A stretch of 64,000 nucleotides of DNA from Octopus bimaculoides (lineage: Eukaryota), in contig NC_068992.1 of NCBI RefSeq assembly GCF_001194135.2, forward strand, positions 7,029,900 through 7,093,899, in the 5' to 3' direction. Positions 51,595 to 64,000 of the stretch are shown here, piece after piece (the first letter of the stretch is position 1; each line of letters opens with the position of its first letter). Below the pieces are notes generated by a model, which made no database searches, was not told the DNA's origin, and saw only the letters and a list, made by a program, of their open reading frames with translations. The position numbers were made by a program, and so were the translations under genes.

Positions 51595-53654
51595 TTATGT
51601 ATGCATGTGCATAAATGTATATAGATGTAGATGTGTATGTGTGAGTGAGTATAATATACTTTCAATTGAGAATCCATTATAAATTGTAATACTGTAATGT
51701 AATAACACAATAAATTGTAATTTTGTAATGTAATAACTTTCAAAAGGTAACTGTCTATCAATCTATCTATCTGGCTTACTAGCTATATGTTTGTCCTTCT
51801 GTCTGTCTTTCAATTGATCAATCAATTTCTTTTTTCTTTGGCATTTTCTTAATGTTGACATTAAAGGAGAAACTATTTCATTTTGTTCTGTTTTTAGAGA
51901 GATTCTATTTTATGAATTAATCAGAGTCTTAGAGTGGAAGATTCTGTACTTATTTTCATATAAATATAATGCTTTGAGATCAAGCTGTGTGTACCATACA
52001 TCACATCTAACTCAGCCTGATGGAGACGGCAACTAAATCTCCTTCATGTGACACACAAACATCTTTAAAAGAAAAAGGTCACATGAAAAAAACTAGTTGT
52101 AAATAAAGTTCAGGACGATCATGGTTGGAAAGCATTTCATCGTAGTTCTACATTCTTTTGTTCTTTTTTTTTTTTTTTTGATAGATTCTGTTTTGTGAAT
52201 TAATCACAGAGTCCTAAATTGAAGTATTTCTTATATATATTTTGTGTGTAAATATGAAGCCTTACATATCAAGCTGTGAGTAGCACAGATAGCTTGCTCA
52301 AACAGCAAACACATCTCCCTCAACTCACATACAACATTACCAAATAGAAAAAAAAAAGCCCAGATTGAACTAATTAATTCCAGATAAATTAAACAAAACA
52401 AAGTATGGTAATGGCTAGAAAGCATTTCAGATTTTGTTAAATTTCTTCAAACCACTTTTAAGTCTCACAAATTGTCTCCGGAATATTTAATAAGAAATAT
52501 AGTTCTGATGACTGATGACTTAGTTTGTGCAACTAATATTAAATGTACTTTCTCTTTCCTTATATTAAACTTGTAAACAAAGTTTGATGTTTAAACTTTG
52601 CTTACAATTTTTGTGGGACATTATTTTGATAAAAGATTACATCCTTGGCGATTGACTTTGATTTAGATATTATTGAAAATACTCAACAAGTAAAAAAAAC
52701 ACTTGGGCCTGTCACAAATGAGGAAATAAATGGTGGCACAGTGTTTGCCCTTTTTGTTTTTTTGGAATTTATGAAAGGTAGTCTAAGGAAGTTTTGGCTG
52801 CTATTTCTTGCAAATCAAGAAATCATATAAACGTTTGCATGTGCTAAGCAATCCATGGCAATGGTGATCAGCACAAACAATATGCTATAAATGGAGGTTT
52901 TTGATTGGCTAAAATTACATAAATTTAAAAGCTTGTAAATCCTTTATTATTAATTTCTAGAATAAATGAATATGATTTTCATCATCAGCAAAAACTACAA
53001 CAGAACTACATTCTTTGAAAATAATCTGTTGAAAATTTGAAAAGTTGTTGGAAGAAATTTAACTGAATCCAGCATTTTATGTCTGTATTTTTAAAGACCG
53101 TCAATGACTTTGTTTATCATGAGTTTGTATATTAAATTTCTCTTTAAGAAGAAAATATCTGGTAATTTGGGTTTTATTAATGCATTTAATAAATGTAGAA
53201 TAAAATAGTTATTCTTACAGTTAGACATTATCTGTGTGTAGGTTCACATCAAATTACTTAATAGTTAGAGAAGAGATATTTGTTTCTAATATAAGCAAAA
53301 ACCCTGAAATTTGAGGGAAGGGGTTAATCGATCCTTTGATCTCTATGCTTGACTGACACTTTATTTTGTCAACCTTGGAGGAATGAAGAGATGAAAGGCA
53401 AAGATAACTTCAGCAGTATTTGAGTTCAGAGTGTAAAAAGTCAGAAGAAATATCACAAGGCAACAGGGATTGATGCTGACTTGATACTTTTGCAATGTTT
53501 TTGGCTTTTATTGAATTATCTATCATTAGCTGTATGAATCTACATCTGTTGTTTCCTGTACTGTTATTGTCATTAACTTTGAGAAGACAAGTTACAGATG
53601 TTCAGGCCTTGACCATCCTGAATATATTTTTTTCAGGTAGAGAGGATCTATCTG

Positions 53655-54005
53655 ATGTGTCTTTTCTTTTGTTGTTGTTGTTGTTTGACCCCAAGGTCCA
53701 AGTAAAACCTATGATCAAAACCATTACAACTATGTCCATCTTGTTTTTCATTTTTTTTTTGTGGTGGATAAGGGGGGGGGCAGTTAGACATAGTGTATCT
53801 CAGACTACATTATGCAATGTGTATTTTTTCTTTTGTTGTTCCAGGATTTTTATTTATTCATTTATTCATTTTTATTATTCATTTATTTATTTTATAGGCA
53901 TAGTGTATCAAGGATAATATTTTTCAAAGTGTTCTTTTACTTTAGAAGATGGTATGATGTGATTTAAAGGAAATTTGGCTGCTGTTTCTTGCTGCTCAAG
54001 CAACT
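53655..54005. mobile_element. Representative of a very abundant old SINE-like family (family D) with (GTT/AAC)n end
   Basis: Recurrent motifs gttgttgttg..ccccaggtca, tatgatcaaa, cattatccaatgtgtcc and gatttggctgctatttctagca. Decayed copies also near 4230, 9940, 10250, 23180, 25310, 26690, 30800, 43440, 48560, 49790, 56450, 59500, 60480 and 63560. Confidence 0.6.
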
Positions 54006-54518
54006 GCATAGAGACTTCAATGAAATGTTATCATTTTTAGGTGAATTCAAATGAAAAAAGTTTTAGCTCGCATCCAAATTATGCTTTTAAACTTGACTGC
54101 TTTGTAAAAAAAAAAATTTTAATATAAAAAATTAACTTCATGCTCTGCTGATAATGCTTTCCTTAACAATGATTAATGTAAATGTGTATATGCCTCTATG
54201 TCTGTTACACTTGAATGAAATCTCTTGCAAACACAACTGAAAGTACTAAAAGTTGTTATATCAGAAATTACTCAGCTATAGCAGGAAGTTTATAAGAATA
54301 GCAGCTGTTGGCATGACCATAGTTTCAATTCCATTGTACAGCACATTGGGAAAGTGGTTTCTTTTGTAGACTCTGATTGAGTCAACATGGAGTCAAAAAC
54401 TCTACCCTCCCTTTCCTTCAGTGATTTTCCCAGGATTCCTCTCCATCCTTGTCTATCACTCCTTTCCTTCATAATTTCTGTCCATACTCATCCTTTATAA
54501 TGTTGGTAAGCTCTAGAC

Positions 54519-54843
54519 CAGGGGTTCTCAACCATCTTTTATCTATGGACCCCCTTTGATTACTATTTTATTCTGGTGAACCCCCTTAGCCATTCAGTGT
54601 TTTAAAACTAGTTTTATAGAAACTTATTTTGAAATTCCTATTTTGATTTTCACTTGTGTAAGTTGAACTGTGTAAAATGTTAGAGAAAGGAACCAAGTTG
54701 TTTCTTTTAACACATACCAATACATACATCTAAAGCAACATTTTTTCTGGGCCCTTAAAGATCCACTATAGTGGGTCTTCACTTCACTGTTTTGTAGCGT
54801 GGATCCCCAAAAATTTCATATGGAGCCCAGTTGAGAACCATTG
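54519..54843. mobile_element. hAT (Charlie-like) MITE, 325 bp, with 8-bp TSD
   Basis: TIRs caggggttctcaac / gttgagaaccattg (12/14). TSD ctctagac (54511-54518) / ctctacac (54844-54851) fits the NTCTAGAN hAT-Charlie target preference. Confidence 0.85.
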
Positions 54844-56204
54844 CTCTACACCCTCCCTCTCATGCAATCTATCACCTTTCAGTTCTATCCCACCTTTTGG
54901 TCAATAACCTCTGTCACTAATCTTTTCCATCTCCCATCTTCCCATGTCACACTCCCCTCATCCTCTCTTCTAACTTACGATCCTTCATCCTACAATCAGC
55001 ATCCACTCTCTCTTCTGTCTCTCACTTATAGGAGCAACTTTAGGCCCTTAGCTCTGCAAGTTATGAAGTGATCTTCATTAGCACTGGTGCCACAGAAAAA
55101 GCACCCAGTCCACTCTGTAAAATTGTCAGTGTTGAAGTCATCCAGCCATAGTAACCATTCCAAAGTAGAGATTAAAAGATGATGATGATGATGATGGTGG
55201 TGGTGCTCTCTCACTTTGTGTCATACTGGTTATGCCTGGAAATAATATTAAGAATACAAATACTTGTGGTATACTCAGCTACTTACATTACTATAATACA
55301 AGAAGTAGGTAGTTCAGTTGATCAACTAACTGAAATACTCATCGTCAAAAGAAATCAACAGAGAATGATCCATTTAGCTTATTACATTTACTGGAAAATT
55401 TATTGTAGTTTTTAACATGAATTGTCAATTAAATGAATTTGAATTCCTTTATAACAAACCAACATTAGAATTATGTTAGTCATTCACTAATATTATTTTC
55501 TTTATCTATAAATAATTATTTCTGGTTAGCTTTTTAATGGTCCCTGCATTAAATATATTATCACTTAACTTGATTATTGTTTTACTTGCGGAGGCTACCT
55601 TTGAGTTATTCATTTTCGAAACAAAAGCTGAAAGCCTTGTTGAAATTATACTATATTCAAAGTCCAAAGAACAGTGTTGCAAGAAATGAGAAGCAATGTA
55701 TATCATCTTTATTTTACTGTTTTCTGGGTTGCTTTCATTAATTGCAATAAAATGTTATTACTTTTATGACAATTCAAATGAAAAAGTTTTTAGCTATCAT
55801 TCATAATTTCTATTTAAACATGACTGTTTTGTGAAAAAATAACAAGAATAAACAAAAACGTAAGTTCATGCTCTACTGATAATACTTTCCATGACAATGG
55901 TTAATGTAAGTGAGTTTTATACCAAACTCTCTTGCAGCTGAATGGTGGTTTCATAAAAAGTAATTGAAATTATCACGTTCCCCCACAGTGGTTTAAGAAA
56001 AGTATGATATGCTTTATAGTAGAATAGTGAAAAACCTAGTAGCTTTTGTTTGCTTGAAAAATCTTTTGAATAGTATTACCAGACTGAATGAGTGTTTTAA
56101 TTTTAGGAATTTTATGATAATGCTTTTCTTCCCTCTTAATATTTAATCAGAAAGGGAGGGGCAGTACCAATGACCTTTAGCAGGTCTTCCAGACTAGAGA
56201 GATC

Positions 56205-56350
56205 AATATGGTTTTATGTTCTGCTTGAACTTTTGCAGACTGCTGCTTGTAGAAAAAAAAATGTGAGCAGTTCTGGGAAGGAATGTTAAAACATCATCTT
56301 TAATGTGAATTTTAACAGGAGGAGTGAGATGGGGCCAAGAGACAGTAGGG
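56205..56350 (-). mobile_element. Possible CR1/Jockey-type LINE 3' ORF2 relic
   Basis: Minus frame contains FLPRTA...LQKFKQNI, similar to LINE C-terminal FxPRTxxLWNxLP...LQxFKxxI. Short and decayed. Confidence 0.3.
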
Positions 56351-56714
56351 ATAATGATAGGAGGAGAAGTGGGTACACTAGGCAGTCGAAGCAGGCAGCG
56401 GTTACCGTTTGATCAATCAGAGGGCATTGTAGTCATATTTAATTTTGTCGTTGTTGCTTAACCCCAGGTCAGGCATAATCCACGAGCACTGTGATCAAAG
56501 ATCTAACACAGTAACCAGTTTATATTTCTTTTTCAGACATGGTCTATGTAGGATCACATTATCTAATATGTTCATTTAAAGACAACAGAGCATAAATTGA
56601 GAGACTTAGCTGCTGTTTCTTGCAGATTGAGTTTCTATGTATGTGCTCCCTCGCTCACTCATCTCATCATAGTAGATGTGTCAGACAGATAAAAAAAAGA
56701 AAAGGAAACAACTA

Positions 56715-57105
56715 GGTGTAGGAGTGGCTGTATGGTAAGTAGCTTGCTTACCAACCACATGGTTCCGGGTTCAGTCCCACTGCGTGGCACCTTGGGCAAC
56801 TATTTTCCACTATAGCCTCAGGCCGACCAAAGCCTTGTGAGTGGATTTGGTAGACAGAAACTGAAAGAAGCCCGATGTATATATATATATATATATANNN
56901 NNNNNNNCCCCCCCCACCATCGCTTGACAACCAATGCTGGTGTGTTTACGTCCCCATAACTTAGCGGTTCAGCAAAAAGAGACCGATAGAATAAGTACCA
57001 GGCTTTTAAAAAATAAGTCCTGGGGTCGATTTGCTCGACTAAAGGCGGTGCTCCAGCATGGCTGCAGTCAAACGACTGAAACAAATAAAAGAGCAAAAGA
57101 GAGTA
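56715..57105 (+). mobile_element. Full-length young tRNA-derived SINE (family A)
   Basis: A-box tggctgtatggt, B-box ggttcagtccc, CORE-like ccttgggcaa segment, internal (AT)n, and tail ggcggtgctccagcatggctgcagtcaaacgactgaaac + A-rich repeat. Interrupted by a 10-N gap at 56898-56907. Confidence 0.9.
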
Positions 57106-58321
57106 AAAAAAGTAACGAGCTGAGAAAGTGGTTGTATTGTGCTGGTAAAGCAGTCTGTGTTAATTAGTCATTTGCAATGGACATTTTTTAGGATTGCTAG
57201 TCCAAAGGGCTTGAATATGGTAACAGCACTGTCCCGGACATGTGAGTAGTGCTCTCATACAGCTTGCACTTCAGTGATCAGATCTAAAATTATTTTCCTG
57301 GCTCTCGATAATAAGCTCAAGTTGTTATTTTGTGGCATTGTTTTAGATATATGATAATATAGTCTCTGATACGCACCAATGAAACAGTTGTGTAATTATG
57401 AATTGGTAGAGACAAGAAAGCATCTGCCTAAATACCTAGCAATATTTACTCTATCATACCCTTAGATTACAAGTTCAAATCTTACAAAGCAAACCTTGTA
57501 TTTCATTCCGGTAGGCATATACTGAGATTTAATCAATCATTTATGTCCCTTATAAATATGTAATCTTGTTTGAATGCAATAAATCATTATTTAAAGCTGT
57601 TGAACATTTTATTTTACCTTGGCTAAGATTAAAGTTAAATTTATTTTTTTTATGTCTTGTGTCATTTACGTTTCTAAGGGAAAAATGATCATAATAATTG
57701 TTTATCAATAATTTTTATAAATTTCAGTTTGCAATAAATCTTTATAGAAATACAATATTGTCCTTTCACCATTCATCAAAAATGCTTTGTAGATGAAATC
57801 TATGTAGGAATTTAAAACTTTATATTTCCTATATTTTTGTTCTTGCTTGCTTCTATTATTCATATATTTCAACTGTTACATCAAGTGAAATATTTTATCT
57901 ATAATCTATTTATAATATTCATTATTATTATTTTCTTAATATCTTTCTGCTAAGAGCAGCAGCACATCAAATGTCATCAAAATGTAGATGAAAAAAAAAA
58001 AAAGAAAATTTATAAAATAATGGAAAGAAAAGAACAATTATCTTATCAACTTCAGTATTATAACAATTGAAAGAAAAAAAATCATTTTAAATCCAATTAT
58101 CAATTTTTCTCATGCGTAGTATTGTCATGAAACATTATAATTATTAGTTGTTGTACCTTATTAAAAATAAAATGTCAGTAACTTTAAAGTGTTGATTTTG
58201 AAATTATCAATGCAAAAAAATTGTTTTACAAATACTATATCTCTCGTCTGTTATCTTTCATCTATATCTCTTCTGCTCATTTCTCTAAAGCTCCTCCTGT
58301 TATTCTCTCCCTCTCTCTCTC

Positions 58322-58370
<49 letters not shown>

Positions 58371-59114
58371 TATACACACACATCCATCACACTCTCTTCT
58401 ATCTCCCTATTGCTTTCATCCTGGTCTTCTGTTACTCTTTCTCCCATCACCCACTTTATTATTCTTTCAACCACCCTCTCATTCCTATCACCCTGGCTCT
58501 CGGCTATCACTCTCTTTTTCTCTTTCTTTCACCATTCTGCCTATGTAAAGGGAAATAGCAATACATGACTACTAGTAATGAAATGGAAATTATCTCCCTT
58601 GATGCAAACTAGTCATGTGGGGGGGAAAAAAAGAAATGAACAAAAGCAGACAATGCAGAAATAGGAGATTCTCTTTGCTCCTAGCAGAGAAGGACAGCCT
58701 CTTTGGTGTAGGTTGAGTGACTGGAAATAGTGTAAAGCAGAGAGAGGATTGTTTAGTCTTACCAAGGACAAGACAACATCTATAGTGCTGGTGGCACAAT
58801 AGAATACATTCAGTACATTGCATAAAGGGATTAATAATAATAGTAAGGGTGTCCAGCCATAGAAATCATGCCAAAAATGGAAGATATGAGCAAAACATGA
58901 TCTCTGACTTGTCTAAGAAGGCAGGAACTCTGAATATGAAATGAATCAACCTTTGATGGCCCATCCGACTCATGCTAGCATAGAAAAGCTGACATGAAAT
59001 AAAGATGATGAGCTAGTGATGGTGGTGGTGGTGGTGGTGGTGGTGGTGCCAGCAATAGTGGTGGCAACAGCATATTTCCTTAGATGTTATTCTATCACAA
59101 AATAAGTAGTGATA

Positions 59115-59325
59115 ACAAAAGGCTTCATTCCTTGTGAGCTTATGCATGTCTTCAGCAGTCATGGCCCATGTTTCACTGCCATGTAGCATGGCTATTTGTA
59201 TACATGCGTCATACAGTCTACCTTTTACTCTGAGTGAGAGGCCCTTTGTCACCAGCAGAAATAAGAGCTCTCTGAACTTTGCCCAGGCTTCAAGAAAAAA
59301 TTGGGGAAGAAGCAAAGAATCCTGG
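59115..59325 (-). mobile_element. RTE LINE ORF2 fragment (post-RT region)
   Basis: WAKFRELLFLLVTKGLSLRVKGRLYDACIQIAMLHGSETWAMTAEDMHKLTRNEA (conserved GSETW motif). Confidence 0.85.
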
Positions 59326-60084
59326 TAAACACTTAGCTCTGCATTTCATTCTTACAAATTTCTCAGCCAGTCTTTGACCACCCAAATATATGATGTGTGC
59401 AACACTCTGATATATTCATCTAAGCTTAATTTTCTCAAATTATAGACTGAAGGGATCCTATGAAAGGTCTTTTTCAGATCAGCTAAAGTAAAGCAATTTG
59501 TTCTTAACTATGCACTTTTGTTGCAGCTATTTCTCTAGAAATATGTTAGCTGCTACTGCTATCGCCATTGGTGGCAGCAAGTTCTACATCAACACCAACT
59601 GAACAAGTCTATGATCAAAGGCAATCAGTATGACCACTTTGTTCTTTTGAACATTCCACAATTAGGACTACTTTATCCTGTGTCCTTCCTCCTTCCTGGG
59701 AAGCATTTGACTGCTATTTCTAGCAGGTGTAACAACCATGTAGAGACTTCCTAATTGGTTTGTGAAGTTGTTTCTCATTCTGGTTGATGTTAGATGCACT
59801 ATTTAAAAATCTATAATGTAATGCTTTTTTTCTCTTTTACTTGACAAGCCTAATGGAAGATGACTAAATTAGATCCACTCCTATAGGCATCATCTTTTTA
59901 TAACAATTTTGATTGGCTGATAATGTTGGAATTATCACTCTTGCTTAGGTTTTAGATTTTAAAATTCCTAATAGGGAGATTTTCTCTATTTATTGCATGG
60001 ATAATCTCACATATATATGACTACACACATACACACATGCATGTATAACACTCTCATATGTGTATAACCACACATACACATACA

Positions 60085-60123
<39 letters not shown>

Positions 60124-61261
60124 CCATGTATAACTCCCAATATGTAAAACCATACTCACATGTATGTATAACCACACACACATTCAGGCAGAACAAGTCA
60201 CACACATAAACGTATAGACATAAACACACAATGTAGAATCACACAGACACACACATGCATAGCCGCACCATACCACACCAATACAATATACATGTTCATG
60301 ATAGCTTTATACACACAAGTGTATGCATACACAGACTGGATTTCCTCATATAAATGTTGAACTACGCATGTATACTCACACATTCGTATAGCAATGCACA
60401 CATGTATGGCACATAAATAACTCCACACATAAAGAGCTAATGAAGGAGCTGTTCTGCAGTCATACTTCCTCCTAGGAATACCAACCAAATTCCTTCAAAT
60501 CTCCTCCTACCACATCTTAAAAAGGAAAGAGCCATTGGCTAATGTTTTCTTAGATCTACAAAAGGAGAGATTGGTTGTGGATGGAATGCCTTTGATCACA
60601 AGGGGCTAAAACAGCAATGCTAGCAACAACCACGCATATACATATGTATAACCACAGACTCAAGTAACTATACATACATATAAAACCATATATATGTATA
60701 TCACAATACACACACACATACACAACACCACACCTTCATATATAACCATGCAGTGATGCATAACCATGTACCCCATATAACTATGAATACAAAATACATA
60801 CATTTATGCATACATTTATATGTCATATCAACTTTATATTTCCTGCTGTATGAATTAATTATTGAATTTTATGCATTTATATCTATTTTGAAATGTTAAA
60901 CGTATATGAGGTGTTTAACTTATTCATTTTTGAAGCATTTTTCATTCTGTTAATGAGAACTGAAGTATTTTAGTTGGCTATATTTGAATAACATCAGAGA
61001 AAACTGAAAATAGGCCAAATTGAAATAGCATCAAAAATCAGCTTCATTCTATATTGTCTTTGAATTTGAGTCCTATGTTCTTCATAATGTCATGTCTAAA
61101 ACAAATAAATATTACTTTCTCATATATTGATTTATTTGTCACAAGAGACAAAACTGAATTATACTTAGTTTCTGTATAACACACACATACATTTATAACA
61201 TACTAAGATACACGTTCACATGTAATATATTTGTAATACATACATACATGCATATATATAT

Positions 61262-61307
<46 letters not shown>

Positions 61308-61884
61308 CATAGCAACATCATAGACAAGCATTCACATATAGAAAACAGCATACACACTTTTACGCATGTACAAACACACCCTCATGCACACACGTAGACA
61401 AGCATTCACAATATACATGTTCATGATAGCTTCATACACACACGTGTATGCATACACAGACTGGATTTCCTCATACAAACACATAAACAGGAAATATGGA
61501 CACTTCCAGTCATTTCAGCATGCAGTGACCATCTATATTTTTTTTTTCTCTGATGCGATGCACATATTTTGAGAATAAGCCAATGAAGGACCCTCTTTGT
61601 GATTGTTTGAGGTACTAGAAATATCAGGCAAATCTCTTTTTCAAATCCTTTTCTACATTGAATACACTGTTGGGTAGACCATTCCTAAAACAAGAGAGAT
61701 TTGTTCATAGTTGAGAAAATAGATAAATAAATAAATAAACCTTTGAACATCTATTTGGTCAACCAGAAAAAAAAAAATGACATTAATATATATATTATGA
61801 GAATAAATGATGATAAAAAATGACTATAGATTGGTCAAATATAAAGATACAACCAAATATATATTATATAAATATATTTATGTG

Positions 61885-62290
61885 CAAACATGGCTGCATG
61901 GTTGAGAAATTTCCTTCCTAATCACATGGTTTTGGGTTCAGTACCTGTGTGTGGAACTTTGGGCAAGTGCCTTCTACTATAACTCTGGACTGAACATAGC
62001 TTTAAGAGGAATTTGGTTTATAGAAACTGGAAGAAGCCTGTTGTGTATAAGTGTGTTTTAGTGTCTCCTCTTCTTGCCATTGCATAATGGTTGTACATGG
62101 GCATCACTACCATACAAACAGTGTCTTTTGTGTCCAGTTTTCTGTGGAATCATGTTTAGTTACAGGGAAATACTGCCTTGAGGGTTGGCAACAGGAAAGG
62201 CATCCTGCCATAGAAAATCAACCTCCACAAATTCCATTCAAACTTTGCAAGTATAGGAATGTGGAAATTAAAAGGATGAGGATGATGATG
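61885..62290 (+). mobile_element. SINE family A head followed by RTE-type tail
   Basis: tggctgcatggttgag...cacatggttttgggttcagtacc...ttgggcaagtgccttctactata; later ggcaacaggaaaggcatcctgccatagaaaa and (GAT)n. Confidence 0.65.
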
Positions 62291-64000
62291 ATTCAGTTAT
62301 TGTAGACATAAAACATTAACTGGAAAAAGATATAATTACAAGGTGAAAAGAAAAAAAAAATGAAAATCTATGACATATCAAAAAATAGCGTAAAATGAAT
62401 TTCCAAATATATATTTGTAGACATTTGTAATAAAAAATTACTTTTTTAAAAAAAATATCTTCCTTTTAAATGTTGCAGCTCATGAAATATTGTCTATTAT
62501 TGGAAATTATCAACATTATAATTATTCATTTTTTTCCCCTCGCATCTAATATTCATTACCATTTTGCATTATACTCTTGATAGAATATTTATTTTTCATT
62601 TTAGTCGGTCCTTTTAAAAAAAAAAAATTCTTGTCTTTTAGTTTTTTTTTTTTTTTGTAAAGAAACAACTGTTATCTGGATTTATAGCTTGAACAAGAAT
62701 TTGGAAGCATCTTAGGTTATTCATTTAGATCAATAACTACAGGTTTTTTTCTTTTTTAATACTTTTTTGTATTTTTCTTTACCATCAGAATAAAACCTGA
62801 CCAATCAAAAACGTATGAGAGTCCTTTGTTAATGAAACAATGTAGAGCTAATATTGTTGAAGTGGTCATTAAATGTTGTTTCTTTCTTCTGCTGATAACA
62901 CATTAACCAAAAATGAATTCAGAAAATATGAATGTCAGTGAGACAAATTTTCTTTGTGAACCAAATAAAAACTTTTTCTTTTTTTGCTTTAAATATCATT
63001 TTAACATGTTATATTTTTCTGTTTTATTCAAATTACACTTCAAACTTTTAAATTTCACATTCAATATTTTATTCATTTGAAATTGGTTTGGAATCCTTTC
63101 AGGAAGGAATGCTTCATAATGCACTTTATTAAGGAAAAAACAAAAATTGCATTTTTTTACATTTTACATTTGGCAACAAATAATTTATGGTCTGTTGAGA
63201 CAATTGACACCACACACTTGCAATGTCATTTTCATAATCTTGGGTAAAATATTAATTCATTTGATAATAATGCATATGAAAAGAATAAATATAGTGTTCT
63301 GTGTAAAGATTCTCTTCTCTCTAGAAAAATAGAAAATAAAAAAAAAACACAGCATTAATAAAAGTTCTATGTAATTGTCAAAAAGCAGAGTTATAGTTAT
63401 TGGCACCAATAGGAAGTGTTGCTTTGGAACAGTCAAGGCCAAATTATTATTATAAATACATTCAGTTCAAATATAATTTGCAGTATCTTCCTTGGGTGTT
63501 CACTGGAAGATGGGAAAATATAAAATATATGAGAAAATGGAAGATATACTTTATATGAGAATTGTTTAACAACAGATCAGCAATGATCAAGCAGAGGTTT
63601 AAACAAAAGCATTCTAGCTGTTACCATTCCATCTTTTTTGAGAATAGTTTATCAAAAAATATATTATCTATTGAGCATTTGAAATTGGAAAATATATCTT
63701 AGGTATAGTTGTTTAACCACAGATTGACAATGATCAAACAGAGGTTTAATCTGACGCATTCTTGCTCTCACCATTCCAACTTTTTTTAGAATAGTGTATC
63801 AAAGATATTTTATCTAATGTGCATCTTTTTATTTTAAAATGTTGGGAGATTTAGCTACTATTTTGAGTAATTCAAGTAACTATATAAAGTCTCTCCAAAA
63901 CTAGGTATTTTTGAACAGCATAGCTGGAACTCTGATCAAACAATTTTATGACCACACATCCCAGCTCCAAGCATACTATCATTTTAGGGTTATCTAGGAC

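Noticed and set aside
56715-56800. tRNA gene calls for the tRNA-like heads (also 8063, 22228, 27522)
   Set aside because: No complete cloverleaf; the heads run into SINE bodies and tails.

Overview
Eukaryotic, strongly AT-rich, microsatellite- and transposon-dense non-coding DNA with six N gaps. The repeat families (tRNA-headed SINEs, RTE LINE fragments with (GAT)n tails, Tc1, Helitron, hAT MITE) look like those of an octopus/coleoid cephalopod genome. That assignment is an inference from pattern recall, not a database result. I find no intact protein-coding gene. Almost all supplied ORFs are translations of microsatellites or gaps. The real coding relics are a full-length but disabled Tc1 DD34E transposase (19.0-20.2 kb), several RTE LINE pieces and a Helitron Rep fragment. 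The most interesting structure is a ~0.8 kb Penelope-like, non-coding insertion at 48.96-49.75 kb. It has 186-bp inverted arms, and each arm carries a minimal type I hammerhead ribozyme motif (one per strand) followed by a 54-nt intron-like segment. The unit is bounded by a 15-bp direct repeat. Second is a textbook recursive splice-site motif at 34115/34116 (polypyrimidine tract-CAG|GTAAGT), followed by an 86-nt cryptic exon. It suggests the window lies in a very long + strand intron. Other oddities are a fold-back MITE, a tandem hairpin array, three long perfect microsatellite palindromes, an exact telomeric G4 22-mer and recent short templated duplications. Outer coordinates of decayed repeats are approximate.
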